IMG/VR virus record: IMGVR_UViG_3300020171_000004
Location: 1,810 to 65,809 of that record
Origin: a virus
Length of the DNA stretch: 64,000 nt
Direction: 5' to 3' (one strand)
The first letter of the stretch is position 1; every line of letters begins with the position of its first letter. The translations under genes were made by a program, and so were the position numbers. The notes under the pieces are model-generated. The model did no database searches and was not told where the DNA came from. It saw nothing but the letters and a program-made list of their open reading frames with translations. This document shows positions 7,881 to 17,003 of the stretch, one piece after another.

Positions 7881-8644
7881 TGTTGACTGGCTCCTGTTAA
7901 AATATTATCAAAACCTACCGTTTGTGGTGATACATTAGACGAAAATCGCTCTCCGAATTTGGGGTCAGTTGGAGATATTGTAGGCGTAAATGATGTTAGA
8001 ACTCCAGCAGAAGACAGGTTTTCTCCAGCCTGTAATTTTGCATAAACCTTCCCGGTTGTTGCGTTCCAATCTCCTATAATATGATATATTGTGTTGATTG
8101 TAGCCGCCACATACGTGGTTATACCTGCCACACTTGTACCATCCACATGTGCCACAATTAATCTATATCCTGGACTTGTCCCAAGATAACCAGTCGCGTT
8201 ATACTGAAAACGAGCAGTAATTATTGCTGTTGTGCTTTGGTCACCATACTCAAAGATACCTATGGTATTTGCAGGTAGTATAGCAAGGGTTTCGACATCA
8301 ACCTCAAACCTCCCGTTCTGTGAAGTTATGCCAGTATCAGCTAAAGGCGCGGAGATAAAACTATCAATCGCCCCAGTCCATTGGATATACTTATCCGTCG
8401 TCCCTTGCACTGATACTCCAGTACCAGACAGCGTAACTGTCGTTGTCCCTCCGCTGGTACAGGCAGTAGTCGTTCCACTAGTGTGGTCAACATTATAAGA
8501 CAGCGAGTATATTCCTATACCGTCGCAATCACCAGCAGGAGCATCAGCCCCTTTCCTCGATATCCCAGCAATAAACCCCGGTGGAAACGCCAGCGCAGAC
8601 GTGGCCCACAAACACAGTATGAGTGTGATTGTTAATTTCTTCAT
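7877..8644 (-). CDS. secreted LamG/concanavalin-A-like lectin-fold protein candidate
   Basis: I place the start at MKKLTITLILCLWATSALA-FP (ATG 8644), which is a classical signal peptide with an ALA site. The C-terminal region (IIGDWNATTGKVYAKL) resembles LamG jelly-rolls. Its stop overlaps the next ATG. Confidence 0.6.
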   Translation of the reverse strand: MKKLTITLILCLWATSALAFPPGFIAGISRKGADAPAGDCDGIGIYSLSYNVDHTSGTTTACTSGGTTTVTLSGTGVSVQGTTDKYIQWTGAIDSFISAPLADTGITSQNGRFEVDVETLAILPANTIGIFEYGDQSTTAIITARFQYNATGYLGTSPGYRLIVAHVDGTSVAGITTYVAATINTIYHIIGDWNATTGKVYAKLQAGENLSSAGVLTSFTPTISPTDPKFGERFSSNVSPQTVGFDNILTGASQQ

Positions 8645-8645
8645 A

Positions 8646-9590
8646 TCAGTTCGCCGCAAAGGTTGACGTGCCGATTGACACCGCTGTACACATCCAGTCA
8701 TATGCATCTGTTTTGAAACTCCAACAGGCAAAAGATTGGCCAATCTGGGCAGCAGTCATGCGAGCGTAGCCGTTATCAGTTCCAGCGCTAATCGTTCCAT
8801 CAGAGGCCAGTAGATAGATTTTATCAGTAGCCCCCGCCCTGACTCCCCACTTGTTAGCTTGGGCTGTTCCAACCGTGCCAAGGATCGTCATACCAGCCGC
8901 AGCTGTTGGTAGGGTCATAGCCACGTCAGCGGCGGCCTGTCCAGTATTATACGCAATTGTACTGGCCACTTGTGCCGCTGTTAATGAAATGTCAGTATGT
9001 CCGTCAACTTCAACGGCAGTAATTGATTTACCAGATAAAGTCTGTGCGTCAGTAGTCCCGACAATCGTGCCACTCGGAGCAATCAACGATGTCCCCCATG
9101 TGCTTGATCCGGAATACACAGCGATTCCAGCAGCAGCAGGCCAAGTCATACCTCCAGAACCATTAGCGACCCATGAGCGCACCCCTGCAACAGTTGATGA
9201 TAGCACATAGGTATCAGTGCTGGGATTCCCAAGCGCATTCTCTTTTAATGCAACTGAATCGAAAATCTTGTCGGCTGACCACAGTTTATCTACGTCCCCA
9301 TTCGTTGCAGTGTCATTAATCAGGCCAGCAACGCTTGATGTCCATCCGAATGTCCCAACCCCAGTGGCTTGGATGATTTGGTTTGTTGCTGATGGTAATG
9401 CTCCGAAAACATAAGTTTTTAAGCCAGTTCCAGTGATATATCCCTTTACTCCTGCCGCATTCTGCCCAAACAATTTCGTTCCATCCGCCGGAGTCTGAGC
9501 AACACCTGTTGTGTCAATGTTCGCTGTAAATCCAGTTCCAGGAATGCAGAGTGCAAGCAATGCTATCCCTAATAGTATTTTTTTCATCAT
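8646..9590 (-). CDS. fibre-like Gly/Thr/Ala-rich protein with an N-terminal signal-like segment
   Basis: Starts MMKKILLGIALLALCIPGTGF. The composition is typical of tail-fibre shafts. The gene is GC-rich and translationally coupled to its neighbours. Confidence 0.7.
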   Translation of the reverse strand: MMKKILLGIALLALCIPGTGFTANIDTTGVAQTPADGTKLFGQNAAGVKGYITGTGLKTYVFGALPSATNQIIQATGVGTFGWTSSVAGLINDTATNGDVDKLWSADKIFDSVALKENALGNPSTDTYVLSSTVAGVRSWVANGSGGMTWPAAAGIAVYSGSSTWGTSLIAPSGTIVGTTDAQTLSGKSITAVEVDGHTDISLTAAQVASTIAYNTGQAAADVAMTLPTAAAGMTILGTVGTAQANKWGVRAGATDKIYLLASDGTISAGTDNGYARMTAAQIGQSFACWSFKTDAYDWMCTAVSIGTSTFAAN

Positions 9591-9739
9591 TCTCCGTCCA
9601 CTGTTAATATTTCACCATCCACTGTCAGCACTTCTCCGTCTATTGTCAGTCCACTATCAGTTGGCAATAAAATAGTATCATTTTTATCAAATCCACATAT
9701 CGGAGATTGTATTGGATTTATAATTGATTGACTAAGCAT
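9587..9739 (-). CDS. 50-aa protein with a triple LT(I/V)DGE(V/I) repeat (below the track cutoff)
   Basis: Reads MLSQSIINPIQSPICGFDKNDTILLPTDSGLTIDGEVLTVDGEILTVDGE. It has a TAATG junction upstream, an ATGA-type overlap downstream, and AAGG 9 nt upstream of the start. Confidence 0.4.
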   Translation of the reverse strand: MLSQSIINPIQSPICGFDKNDTILLPTDSGLTIDGEVLTVDGEILTVDGE

Positions 9740-10047
9740 TATTCAAACCTTATACCAAAAGCATTACCAGGACTTGCAGGCTTAACTATTCTATATGTTC
9801 CACGAAAAGGAAGACTCACTCGATTATTATCAACATTAAGAACATAAGTTGTTCCACCATAAACAAAATTAGTCCAATCAGTATCAGTAGCAACAGCAGG
9901 GCTTGTTACTCTAGGTATCTGAATAGCAACACTTTCAGTAGTAACAAGTCCAACAATAGAAAGTGATCCATTTAAATTTTGATTATCAACAATTAAAATC
10001 TTATTTGCTGCATCTACTGTTGACTCTATTAATGTTTTTGCTCGCAT
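9739..10047 (-). CDS. hypothetical late protein, 102 aa
   Basis: ORF co-oriented with the late operon. No motif recognised. Confidence 0.65.
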   Translation of the reverse strand: MRAKTLIESTVDAANKILIVDNQNLNGSLSIVGLVTTESVAIQIPRVTSPAVATDTDWTNFVYGGTTYVLNVDNNRVSLPFRGTYRIVKPASPGNAFGIRFE

Positions 10048-10148
10048 ATTATCACCAAAATAAATGAATTATTATATTTACACCATGTACAAGTAGGATT
10101 CCCATACTCTAATAGCGCTCCACATTGTTTGCAATGACCAGCTTTCAT
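10029..10148 (-). CDS. 39-aa zinc-ribbon protein candidate
   Basis: Reads MKAGHCKQCGALLEYGNPTCTWCKYNN, with CxxC twice. The Shine-Dalgarno (SD) sequence is weak and it overlaps the next gene by 19 nt. Confidence 0.3.
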   Translation of the reverse strand: MKAGHCKQCGALLEYGNPTCTWCKYNNSFILVIICEQKH

Positions 10149-10202
10149 AAGATTACTTTATATAACAATTTTTTACTTTTTATCAACTAAATAAACTTAA
10201 CT

Positions 10203-10234
10203 TTCTGTAATAACAAATTAATATTATTACAGAA
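10203..10234 (-). terminator. stem-loop terminator after the capsid-proximal genes
   Basis: Perfect 11-bp inverted repeat TTCTGTAATAA (10203-10213) / TTATTACAGAA (10224-10234) with a 10-nt loop. On the minus strand it is followed by U-rich AGUUAAGUUUAUUU. Confidence 0.5.
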
Positions 10235-10254
10235 AATTAAAACTACTTAATAAA

Positions 10255-10659
10255 TTAACTAACAGTACAAACAGGAGAAATTAGCAGCGAACCATCAGGC
10301 TTAACAAACACTACATAATAATCATCAGCAGCAGCAGTGATAGTCAATCCAAGCAAACCAGCAGCAGTAGTAGTAAACATACTCGGGCCAGCACTGCCAA
10401 GATTCTTTAGTGCACCATTCGTCAATACTGCAAGAGTTGTATCAGCTAAATCATTAGTAAGTCCAGTAGCAACCTCACTTAAATAGAGCAAACCAGAAAC
10501 AGGGGCAGTAACAGTAGCCCCATTAACATCTTTGAAAACAAATTGAACTGCACATGAACCTGTTGCAGGTGTAGCAGTAGTTGTAATAGAATTAAAAGCA
10601 GGAACTAATGAAACGCCTTCAAATGTTGGACCAGTTTTACCAAACGAATATTTTCCCAT
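10255..10659 (-). CDS. Thr/Ala/Gly-rich beta protein, 134 aa (capsid decoration or Ig-like candidate)
   Basis: Lies immediately downstream of the major capsid gene and is bracketed by stem-loops. The function is inferred from composition and position only. Confidence 0.6.
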   Translation of the reverse strand: MGKYSFGKTGPTFEGVSLVPAFNSITTTATPATGSCAVQFVFKDVNGATVTAPVSGLLYLSEVATGLTNDLADTTLAVLTNGALKNLGSAGPSMFTTTAAGLLGLTITAAADDYYVVFVKPDGSLLISPVCTVS

Positions 10660-10686
10660 TTTTTACCACTCTTTTTTAAGGGCAAT

Positions 10687-10753
10687 GTTGGAAGATTGTC
10701 CACTTCCAACACCAGTATTAAAATTAGTTTCAACCGTTCAAAAATGAACGTTG
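10687..10753 (-). terminator. two tandem stem-loops just downstream of the capsid gene (attenuator or partial terminator)
   Basis: First stem-loop: CAACCGTTCA-aaaa-TGAACGTTG at 10731-10753. Second: GTTGGAAG (10687-10694) / CTTCCAAC (10703-10710). Confidence 0.4.
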
Positions 10754-10758
10754 ATTAG

Positions 10759-11682
10759 TTATGCTGCACCTGGTGAACCAAAAAGTCCTCTTGGATCTGA
10801 CCAACCAAAACTTCCACGAAAAGTCGCTTTAAACTTCGCATTCTCAGTATCAAAGTCATTTTCAGTACCAAATGCATCAGCACGACGCTCCATATACTTC
10901 AAACCATCTGGACAATTCGTACCGATAAACCAAGCATCAGCATCAGTCAAATAATGATTAACCTTGACACCCTGTGGAAACTTCTTAGAAGCTCTCAGCG
11001 CATTAATATCATTGTTAGCACCACCGGACTGGCCAATAGACTCCAAAATCCGAAATGCATCAAACTCAAGAGCAGATGGAATAATCAGCTTCTGTGGCAT
11101 AATAGCAATCGTCAAACCACGATCAGTCTTAAATGCACCAATATCAATACATGCCTGCTCAAGTGCAGCTTCACTTAAATCAGCAGCAGTTGCCAGCTCA
11201 TTCCGCCAAGTACCACCAGACTTGTTCGGATGATCAGTAGCGCAAAGTTCCTTACCATCAGAATTAGATCCCATAGTATAAGCAGAGTTAAATGCACGAT
11301 TAAGTACATTCGCACCAATCATTTCTTTAGTCTGCCGAATGGAGAAAGCTAAAGCACTTGCACGACGCAGAGCAACAGTCACTGCAATACCATCCTCATA
11401 CATCTCTCGAGTGATAATAAACCCAAGACCATAAGTCACATGAGTATAACGACTAACAAAGCCCTGTTCCTGCTCGTCATACGCAACGCCAGCACCTTCA
11501 GTCTTAACAGCCGCAAGACCAAATCCGGTAACTCCAGCTTCCTCTTCAAAAGCCTTCGTTGAATTAGTCTTCTCAAAAATATCTAGATATTCAATTGGAT
11601 ATTCTTTATACTTCTGACCAAACCAAGTCTTTACACCTGGAACCAAATCTTTAGCAAAATTACTAGTTGTAATAATTCCCAT
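10759..11682 (-). CDS. major capsid protein candidate (HK97-fold type)
   Basis: 307 aa, positioned after the scaffold gene and followed by stem-loops. Segments such as EEEAGVTGFGLAAVKTEGAGVAYDE and YGLGFIITREMYEDG resemble Mu gpT-like or HK97-like capsid families, judged from memory. Confidence 0.7.
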   Translation of the reverse strand: MGIITTSNFAKDLVPGVKTWFGQKYKEYPIEYLDIFEKTNSTKAFEEEAGVTGFGLAAVKTEGAGVAYDEQEQGFVSRYTHVTYGLGFIITREMYEDGIAVTVALRRASALAFSIRQTKEMIGANVLNRAFNSAYTMGSNSDGKELCATDHPNKSGGTWRNELATAADLSEAALEQACIDIGAFKTDRGLTIAIMPQKLIIPSALEFDAFRILESIGQSGGANNDINALRASKKFPQGVKVNHYLTDADAWFIGTNCPDGLKYMERRADAFGTENDFDTENAKFKATFRGSFGWSDPRGLFGSPGAA

Positions 11683-11693
11683 TATTTATCTCC

Positions 11694-12281
11694 TTATACG
11701 TCAGTTGCTGACAACATTTCATGCTCAATAATGGTAACTTCCCACTTACAATTAGTCCCAAGTGCATTATCTTCACGATCAACAACACGCAAAATCTTAC
11801 ACTGACCAGCTGCAGTTGCAGTATCACTTGAGTCAAGCTCAATTGCACTCTTACCTGTAGAAGTACTTCCAGAGCCTACAGTAATATCTGTAGACAACCC
11901 AACCATATCAGCACCAATTGAGTTACCAACACTGTCCTCTTGAATCTCAAAGATTACAAAAGGATCATCAACTACAAAAGCATACATTGCAGTAGATGCA
12001 GGACGATAATCACGATTCGGTGTATCAGGATGTGTCATTACATAAGGATTGTCACCAAACCCTACAACAACACCACGAATAGCAGCCGCAGCAGTAGCCT
12101 GAGTCACTGTAGGAAATTTACCAGTTGCATCAGCAGAACCAGCACTCTTAACTGCATCACCTTTAAATAATGCAGTACCATCACCTACAGGTACATAATA
12201 GGTATTTATTTTTCCATTCCAAGGTGCACCAGACAAATGTTTGACTGGTTTAAACCCGAATGGAGTATCAAGATTTGCCAT
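11694..12281 (-). CDS. head-module beta-rich protein, 195 aa (auxiliary capsid or decoration candidate)
   Basis: ORF between the scaffold-side genes and the capsid gene. It starts MANLDTPFGFKPV. No catalytic motif seen. Confidence 0.6.
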   Translation of the reverse strand: MANLDTPFGFKPVKHLSGAPWNGKINTYYVPVGDGTALFKGDAVKSAGSADATGKFPTVTQATAAAAIRGVVVGFGDNPYVMTHPDTPNRDYRPASTAMYAFVVDDPFVIFEIQEDSVGNSIGADMVGLSTDITVGSGSTSTGKSAIELDSSDTATAAGQCKILRVVDREDNALGTNCKWEVTIIEHEMLSATDV

Positions 12282-12310
12282 AATATAACTCCATTAAAAA
12301 ATTAATAATT

Positions 12311-12721
12311 TTATGAAATACTTATCTCACCATCCAAACCATCTTTACCAGGAGTTTTCGATCTTCGCTTGATCTCATTTTCAACTTTAGTAATATTAGC
12401 CTGACTTGCTGCACGATCCTCATTATAAAACTTTTCTGGAATTTCCATCAGCACTGCTCGCTGACCACCACCAACATGAGGATTTGCAAGACTTCCTACT
12501 GAACCAGCCTGCCCAATCTTTGGATCACCAACCTGTACTTTTTCATCAACAGCATTCCAACCAGCATCTTTAAAGCTCTGAACTCTATCACCCTTATCAT
12601 TCACAAACCGGCGCACGAAACCGGGCCTTTTCGGTGCAGTTAAAATATTACGCGTACCAAGTGGAACTCTCTTCCTAGGTGACTCACCATTAACGCCCTT
12701 TGCCTTTTCTAAATCACTCAT
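12311..12721 (-). CDS. head-module protein, 136 aa
   Basis: ORF co-oriented in the head module. No motif recognised. Confidence 0.6.
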   Translation of the reverse strand: MSDLEKAKGVNGESPRKRVPLGTRNILTAPKRPGFVRRFVNDKGDRVQSFKDAGWNAVDEKVQVGDPKIGQAGSVGSLANPHVGGGQRAVLMEIPEKFYNEDRAASQANITKVENEIKRRSKTPGKDGLDGEISIS

Positions 12722-12732
12722 CTCACTTTCTC

Positions 12733-13680
12733 CTATGCTTGCATTTTTGCAATGTCATTAATATATGCTTCTTCAGTCATAATGCCGCCCCGTACAAACT
12801 GATTCATAATCTGCACTTGCTCAGCAGTTAAATCAGCTTTAGTAAAAGCAACAGTACTTCCTTTTGCAGAAGATCCCTCAACAGGACTCTTTGGGCCAAC
12901 AGGATTCTTGACCTGAACAGTAGGTTTATCCACCTCAATCTTAGCAGTTGCAAACTTCTCAGGAAAGACTTCTTGAACCTTAGTCCTAACTATAGCATAA
13001 ACTCGATCAAGTGGTGCTCCTATATATTGACCAGCAACAGTATCAGCAAACTTTGCCATATCATCATCTTCAAGATACCAAGCATTATCCTTAATCCAGG
13101 AATCATAAACAGGATTAGCATTTTGAGAACTTACTTGCTTGTCAGTAACTATAGGCTTATCAATATCTTTCTGTTTTTCATCAATCTGCTTATCAAGTTC
13201 CTCGACCTTATCTACATCAGCCAACTCAATAGCATCTCGACGTTCTTTCTTTAATGCAGTGATTTCACCCTCAAGTTTCTTCAGCTCAGCTTTATAAACA
13301 TTATCATTATGAGTTTTCAAGGCACTAACAGAACCATTCAAAGCTTGAAGCTGTTCCTTCAGATCCTTATTATGCTGACTCATTGACTTCTGAATATCTT
13401 TTGATCTCAAGATATATGTCACTGCATCTACAGCATCATCACCAGTATGATCTTCACGCCAACCAAGCTGTGTAGCAAGTTCCTTAACATCAGGAAGATC
13501 ATTACCTTTAACTTCAGCAACCTTGGATTCCGCAACTGAAGTCTCAGTCTTTACATCAGCTGATTTATTCTCAGCAACCTTCTCACCAGTAACAGCTTTA
13601 AGTTCAGCAATCATTTCTGATTCTGACTTAGCAACTTCAACTCCACCAATTATATCATCAATAAAATCTTCTGACATCAT
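12733..13680 (-). CDS. scaffolding protein candidate
   Basis: Acidic and coiled-coil-rich (KELKEQLQALNGSVSALKTHNDNVYKAELKKLEGEITALKKE). It lies between the portal and capsid genes. Confidence 0.65.
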   Translation of the reverse strand: MMSEDFIDDIIGGVEVAKSESEMIAELKAVTGEKVAENKSADVKTETSVAESKVAEVKGNDLPDVKELATQLGWREDHTGDDAVDAVTYILRSKDIQKSMSQHNKDLKEQLQALNGSVSALKTHNDNVYKAELKKLEGEITALKKERRDAIELADVDKVEELDKQIDEKQKDIDKPIVTDKQVSSQNANPVYDSWIKDNAWYLEDDDMAKFADTVAGQYIGAPLDRVYAIVRTKVQEVFPEKFATAKIEVDKPTVQVKNPVGPKSPVEGSSAKGSTVAFTKADLTAEQVQIMNQFVRGGIMTEEAYINDIAKMQA

Positions 13681-13689
13681 AACACCTAT

Positions 13690-14016
13690 TTAAAAAAGTA
13701 ATTTTGCAAGAACATCATTATCATTAATCAATACATAGGTTTCTTTATCTTGCCCAAGCATAGAAACACCGGCATATCGAGCATAGCTTACCTTATCGCC
13801 AACGGTAGCCCAAGGAGAACCATCATCAATATCAGCCCAGGCACCAGAACCAACAGCAACCAGCGTACCAACTGTAGCAGCCATTTGCTCTTTATCCTGA
13901 GATGTTTTAGGTATGTAAATTCCACCAGCTGTCATTTCTTCTACCTTATCAGGCATAACCAGCAAGTGCCCACCAGTAGGAATTATTCCAGATTGATTAA
14001 TGTTTTGTTCTTTCAT
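13690..14016 (-). CDS. GroES/Cpn10-like co-chaperonin
   Basis: Collinear with E. coli GroES: [26 protein letters not shown] aligns with [34 protein letters not shown] with GEVLAVGNG, VGDKV with VGDIV, and the tails [13 protein letters not shown] with VLIMSESDILAIV. Confidence 0.8.
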   Translation of the reverse strand: [108 protein letters not shown]

Positions 14017-14054
14017 AATATTACCCTTTTAAATAAATGTTTTAACAACCTAAT

Positions 14055-14312
14055 TTAATAACCATCTTGGTTAACTTCATCCTGTTCTTCTATCGAAGCA
14101 TAGTGTATGTTCAGCAACTGATCAATACCGTCAAGCTGTCCAACAGCACGATTAGTAAAACCATGCGTTGACTGTGCATCACCACCAATAGTATTCCCAT
14201 TCGCTAACTGATCTTTGATAGACTCTTTTACCTTCATAAGCTCGCTGAAAATCTCTTTCGTAACTGGATGCTGTTTCCATTCTGCAAACTGTTCTGCACT
14301 AATCATTATCAA
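14055..14312 (-). CDS. hypothetical head-module protein, 85 aa
   Basis: ORF with a 4-nt overlap with the upstream gene. Confidence 0.6.
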   Translation of the reverse strand: MIMISAEQFAEWKQHPVTKEIFSELMKVKESIKDQLANGNTIGGDAQSTHGFTNRAVGQLDGIDQLLNIHYASIEEQDEVNQDGY

Positions 14313-14821
14313 GTCTCCTTAAAATTAACTACTCTCATTTGAAGCACTCTATGATATTCTAACATTATTTCAAGTTGTTTATTAAGTAAGTTAAAATCAA
14401 GTTCATCTAATTTTTTTGTTTTATCAAAATCAGTAATAAAAACAGTTAAATTAATAATTTTATTACTTAATTCTTTTTGTTCAGTTAAAACTCTTTTTTG
14501 ATAATCTTTCATCTTAATCTCCTTTATTGCTTCTACAATAAACCAATCATTATCAAGCATATCAGATTGACTTGCTACCCAACCTGGAATCCATTCTTCT
14601 TGGGCATTATACATAGCAAAGTATGGTTGACAATTCAGTGGCTTATCTTCACCAATAAACTTTGCAGTGCGATCATTTACTTTTCTAAATGTTCCTTGAG
14701 TGTTAAATGAGGGAAGGTGCAGTGGATCCATATAAACTACATACATATTTTTACCATTCCACTTCTTACGAGCAATCTTCTTCCCCTGTTTGGCAACTCT
14801 TATAGCATCTCCAAAATCCAT
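14309..14821 (-). CDS. DUF2829 (Tad2-like) domain protein with an extra C-terminal helical domain
   Basis: I place the start at MDFGDAIRVAKQGKKIARKKWNG (ATG 14821, GAGGAG 7 nt upstream). The motif SQSDMLDNDWFIV matches the DUF2829 pattern. About 70 further residues follow (KDYQKRVLTEQKELSNKI ... EYHRVLQMRV). Confidence 0.75.
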   Translation of the reverse strand: MDFGDAIRVAKQGKKIARKKWNGKNMYVVYMDPLHLPSFNTQGTFRKVNDRTAKFIGEDKPLNCQPYFAMYNAQEEWIPGWVASQSDMLDNDWFIVEAIKEIKMKDYQKRVLTEQKELSNKIINLTVFITDFDKTKKLDELDFNLLNKQLEIMLEYHRVLQMRVVNFKET

Positions 14822-14822
14822 G

Positions 14823-17000
14823 TTAATTCTCCTCATTGTTAGTCTCTAGTCCATATTCTCTCTTTGCTGTACTTTCAGTAATACCGTTTGGTGCTTTACC
14901 AATACTCATCTGAGTTCTTCCAAGTTCAATCTGATTATTTACTGACTTTTCTTCAAGATCAAGTTTTCTAGAATCATTCTGAATGCCAGCAACATCTTTA
15001 GCTTGCTTAACTTCTGCATGTGGAATTTCAGCATAAATCTTTTCAGTCTCAGCCTTAAGTTTTTCGATCTTAGCGCTAAGTTCTTCCAACTTCAGTTGCA
15101 TCTCCTGCATGGCCATCTGTTCTTCAGGCTTGCCACCTTCAGGCTCTTCAGGAAAGAACTTTTCAATATCTTCAATATCAAGTGCAATCAAGTATCTACG
15201 TAAGATCTCTTTATCATCCAATCCTGATCCACGAAGATCAAGAAGTGCCTTAGCCTTCAGCAGTCTCTGAACCATCGTAGTAGCATTCGGATCACTTACT
15301 GGTTCAATATCAAAATCACTACTAGAAAAATCAGCCTGAACAATAGCTTGTGCATTGTCAAGAACTAAGCCATAAGTCATCTGATCAAGATAAAGTGCAT
15401 TCAATCGTTTGATCTTCTTGAACTCTTTATACTGTGCTCGATGAATTCGTTTATGAACAGCCAAGTAAACTTGCAATCCCTGTTCAATAAGTGCCAAGAC
15501 TGATTCTGCAGGAACATTTGCACCTGGAGAATTACCAGCCAAGATCTCTGTCATTCCAGCAAGTTCTTTTCCTGATTCAATCAGTAAGCCTAGCAACTGA
15601 AACAACGTTGTGCTAGGTTCTCTGATTGGCATTGGAAAGACGTTCTTACGCAGATCATCACCAGTAACATCAACTGGTTTCCACTCACCAGATTTCAGTT
15701 GAATAGACTTACCACGACCAAGCTTCAAACCACGACCAAGGAATCCTGACTGCCTATTGCTCAATGTTCCAGCATCAATCAGCTGGTTCAGTAAAGTATT
15801 GATAGCACTGTTCGTGCTCATTAACAAACTGCCGAAACCCATTCCATAAAAACCACCATCTACTGATGGCATGAACAGGTAACGAGTAAAATACTGTTCT
15901 GGAATGATTTTAACTATTTCACCGTTTGGATCTTGAACGCCTTGAGCAGTGTTAGTTCTAATTACTCCATCAGATGCCCAGCGAGGTGAAATTCTGACAA
16001 GCTTTTCTGTCTGTGCATGAATCGTTACAATGTAAGGTTCTTGATAGCCATCACCATCAAGATCATACCAGCGATGCTGCTCAAGAAATAAATGTGGCGT
16101 TTCATCATCTACGTCAGAGGTCTTGTCAGAGGTTGCTTGACCAAGTGAGGCAATATCAAACTTTATAAAGGTACCAGAGGTGATTCTCTCGACTATCTCG
16201 TTATGATAGAGGAAGATTCTGTGGGTAACTCGTGGTGCTCGTTCAAGAGATTCAGCAAAATAATTTACTATTAGATCATCTGCAAAGACTAAGCTAGAGA
16301 TATTCTTTCGCTCGATGCTATCAAAGTAACTCTTCTTAAAGGCACAACCAATTGCAGGTAGCGTAAACAGCAACTGATCCACACCTTCTTCCCAACCATC
16401 CATATGAGAAAGAAGCTGAAAAGACATGAACTCACTGATGCGCTGAGACTTTTCAAGTTTCGCTCCGGTAGGATCAGCTCCTATGACCTTGCCACGAACT
16501 ACATTATTGCCTTTGATTAGCTCTGGATATGCACGTGAAGCAAATTGCATACATGCATTGATGATCAGTGGATACTTAACGTTTGCTACAACTTCACCAG
16601 CATAAGTTTTCTTCTTGACATGAAGCTTAGCCAGATCAATGATTTGCAGATTAAGTGCTTCCCACTCAGTACGACTAGCAAGATCAATCTTATAACCTTC
16701 AATTGCTTTGGTTGTAATGTCAGAAATGATGTCAGCTTTTTGCTGATCTGCAATATTGGTTACTAGAACTAATGCTTCTGCCCGAAGAACTTCTTTCTCA
16801 ATAGCTTGCTCAAGTACTTGATCAGCAGGCTGATTTTGCTCATTGAGGATGTCTTCAACTGGTTGCTCTGATGCCCAGACTGGAACATCCTGAACATTAG
16901 ATATTTCCTGGTCAGGTAAGGCTTGTGTTCCTGTGGCGCCCATCCCGGCGTTGCCGGTCTGGTCGAGATCAGGGGATTCGTAAGGTTGCATCATTGGCAT
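14823..17000 (-). CDS. portal protein candidate
   Basis: 725 aa, lying directly after the large terminase, with a C-terminal coiled-coil. The call rests on position and size. Confidence 0.7.
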   Translation of the reverse strand: MPMMQPYESPDLDQTGNAGMGATGTQALPDQEISNVQDVPVWASEQPVEDILNEQNQPADQVLEQAIEKEVLRAEALVLVTNIADQQKADIISDITTKAIEGYKIDLASRTEWEALNLQIIDLAKLHVKKKTYAGEVVANVKYPLIINACMQFASRAYPELIKGNNVVRGKVIGADPTGAKLEKSQRISEFMSFQLLSHMDGWEEGVDQLLFTLPAIGCAFKKSYFDSIERKNISSLVFADDLIVNYFAESLERAPRVTHRIFLYHNEIVERITSGTFIKFDIASLGQATSDKTSDVDDETPHLFLEQHRWYDLDGDGYQEPYIVTIHAQTEKLVRISPRWASDGVIRTNTAQGVQDPNGEIVKIIPEQYFTRYLFMPSVDGGFYGMGFGSLLMSTNSAINTLLNQLIDAGTLSNRQSGFLGRGLKLGRGKSIQLKSGEWKPVDVTGDDLRKNVFPMPIREPSTTLFQLLGLLIESGKELAGMTEILAGNSPGANVPAESVLALIEQGLQVYLAVHKRIHRAQYKEFKKIKRLNALYLDQMTYGLVLDNAQAIVQADFSSSDFDIEPVSDPNATTMVQRLLKAKALLDLRGSGLDDKEILRRYLIALDIEDIEKFFPEEPEGGKPEEQMAMQEMQLKLEELSAKIEKLKAETEKIYAEIPHAEVKQAKDVAGIQNDSRKLDLEEKSVNNQIELGRTQMSIGKAPNGITESTAKREYGLETNNEEN

Positions 17001-17003
17001 TAT

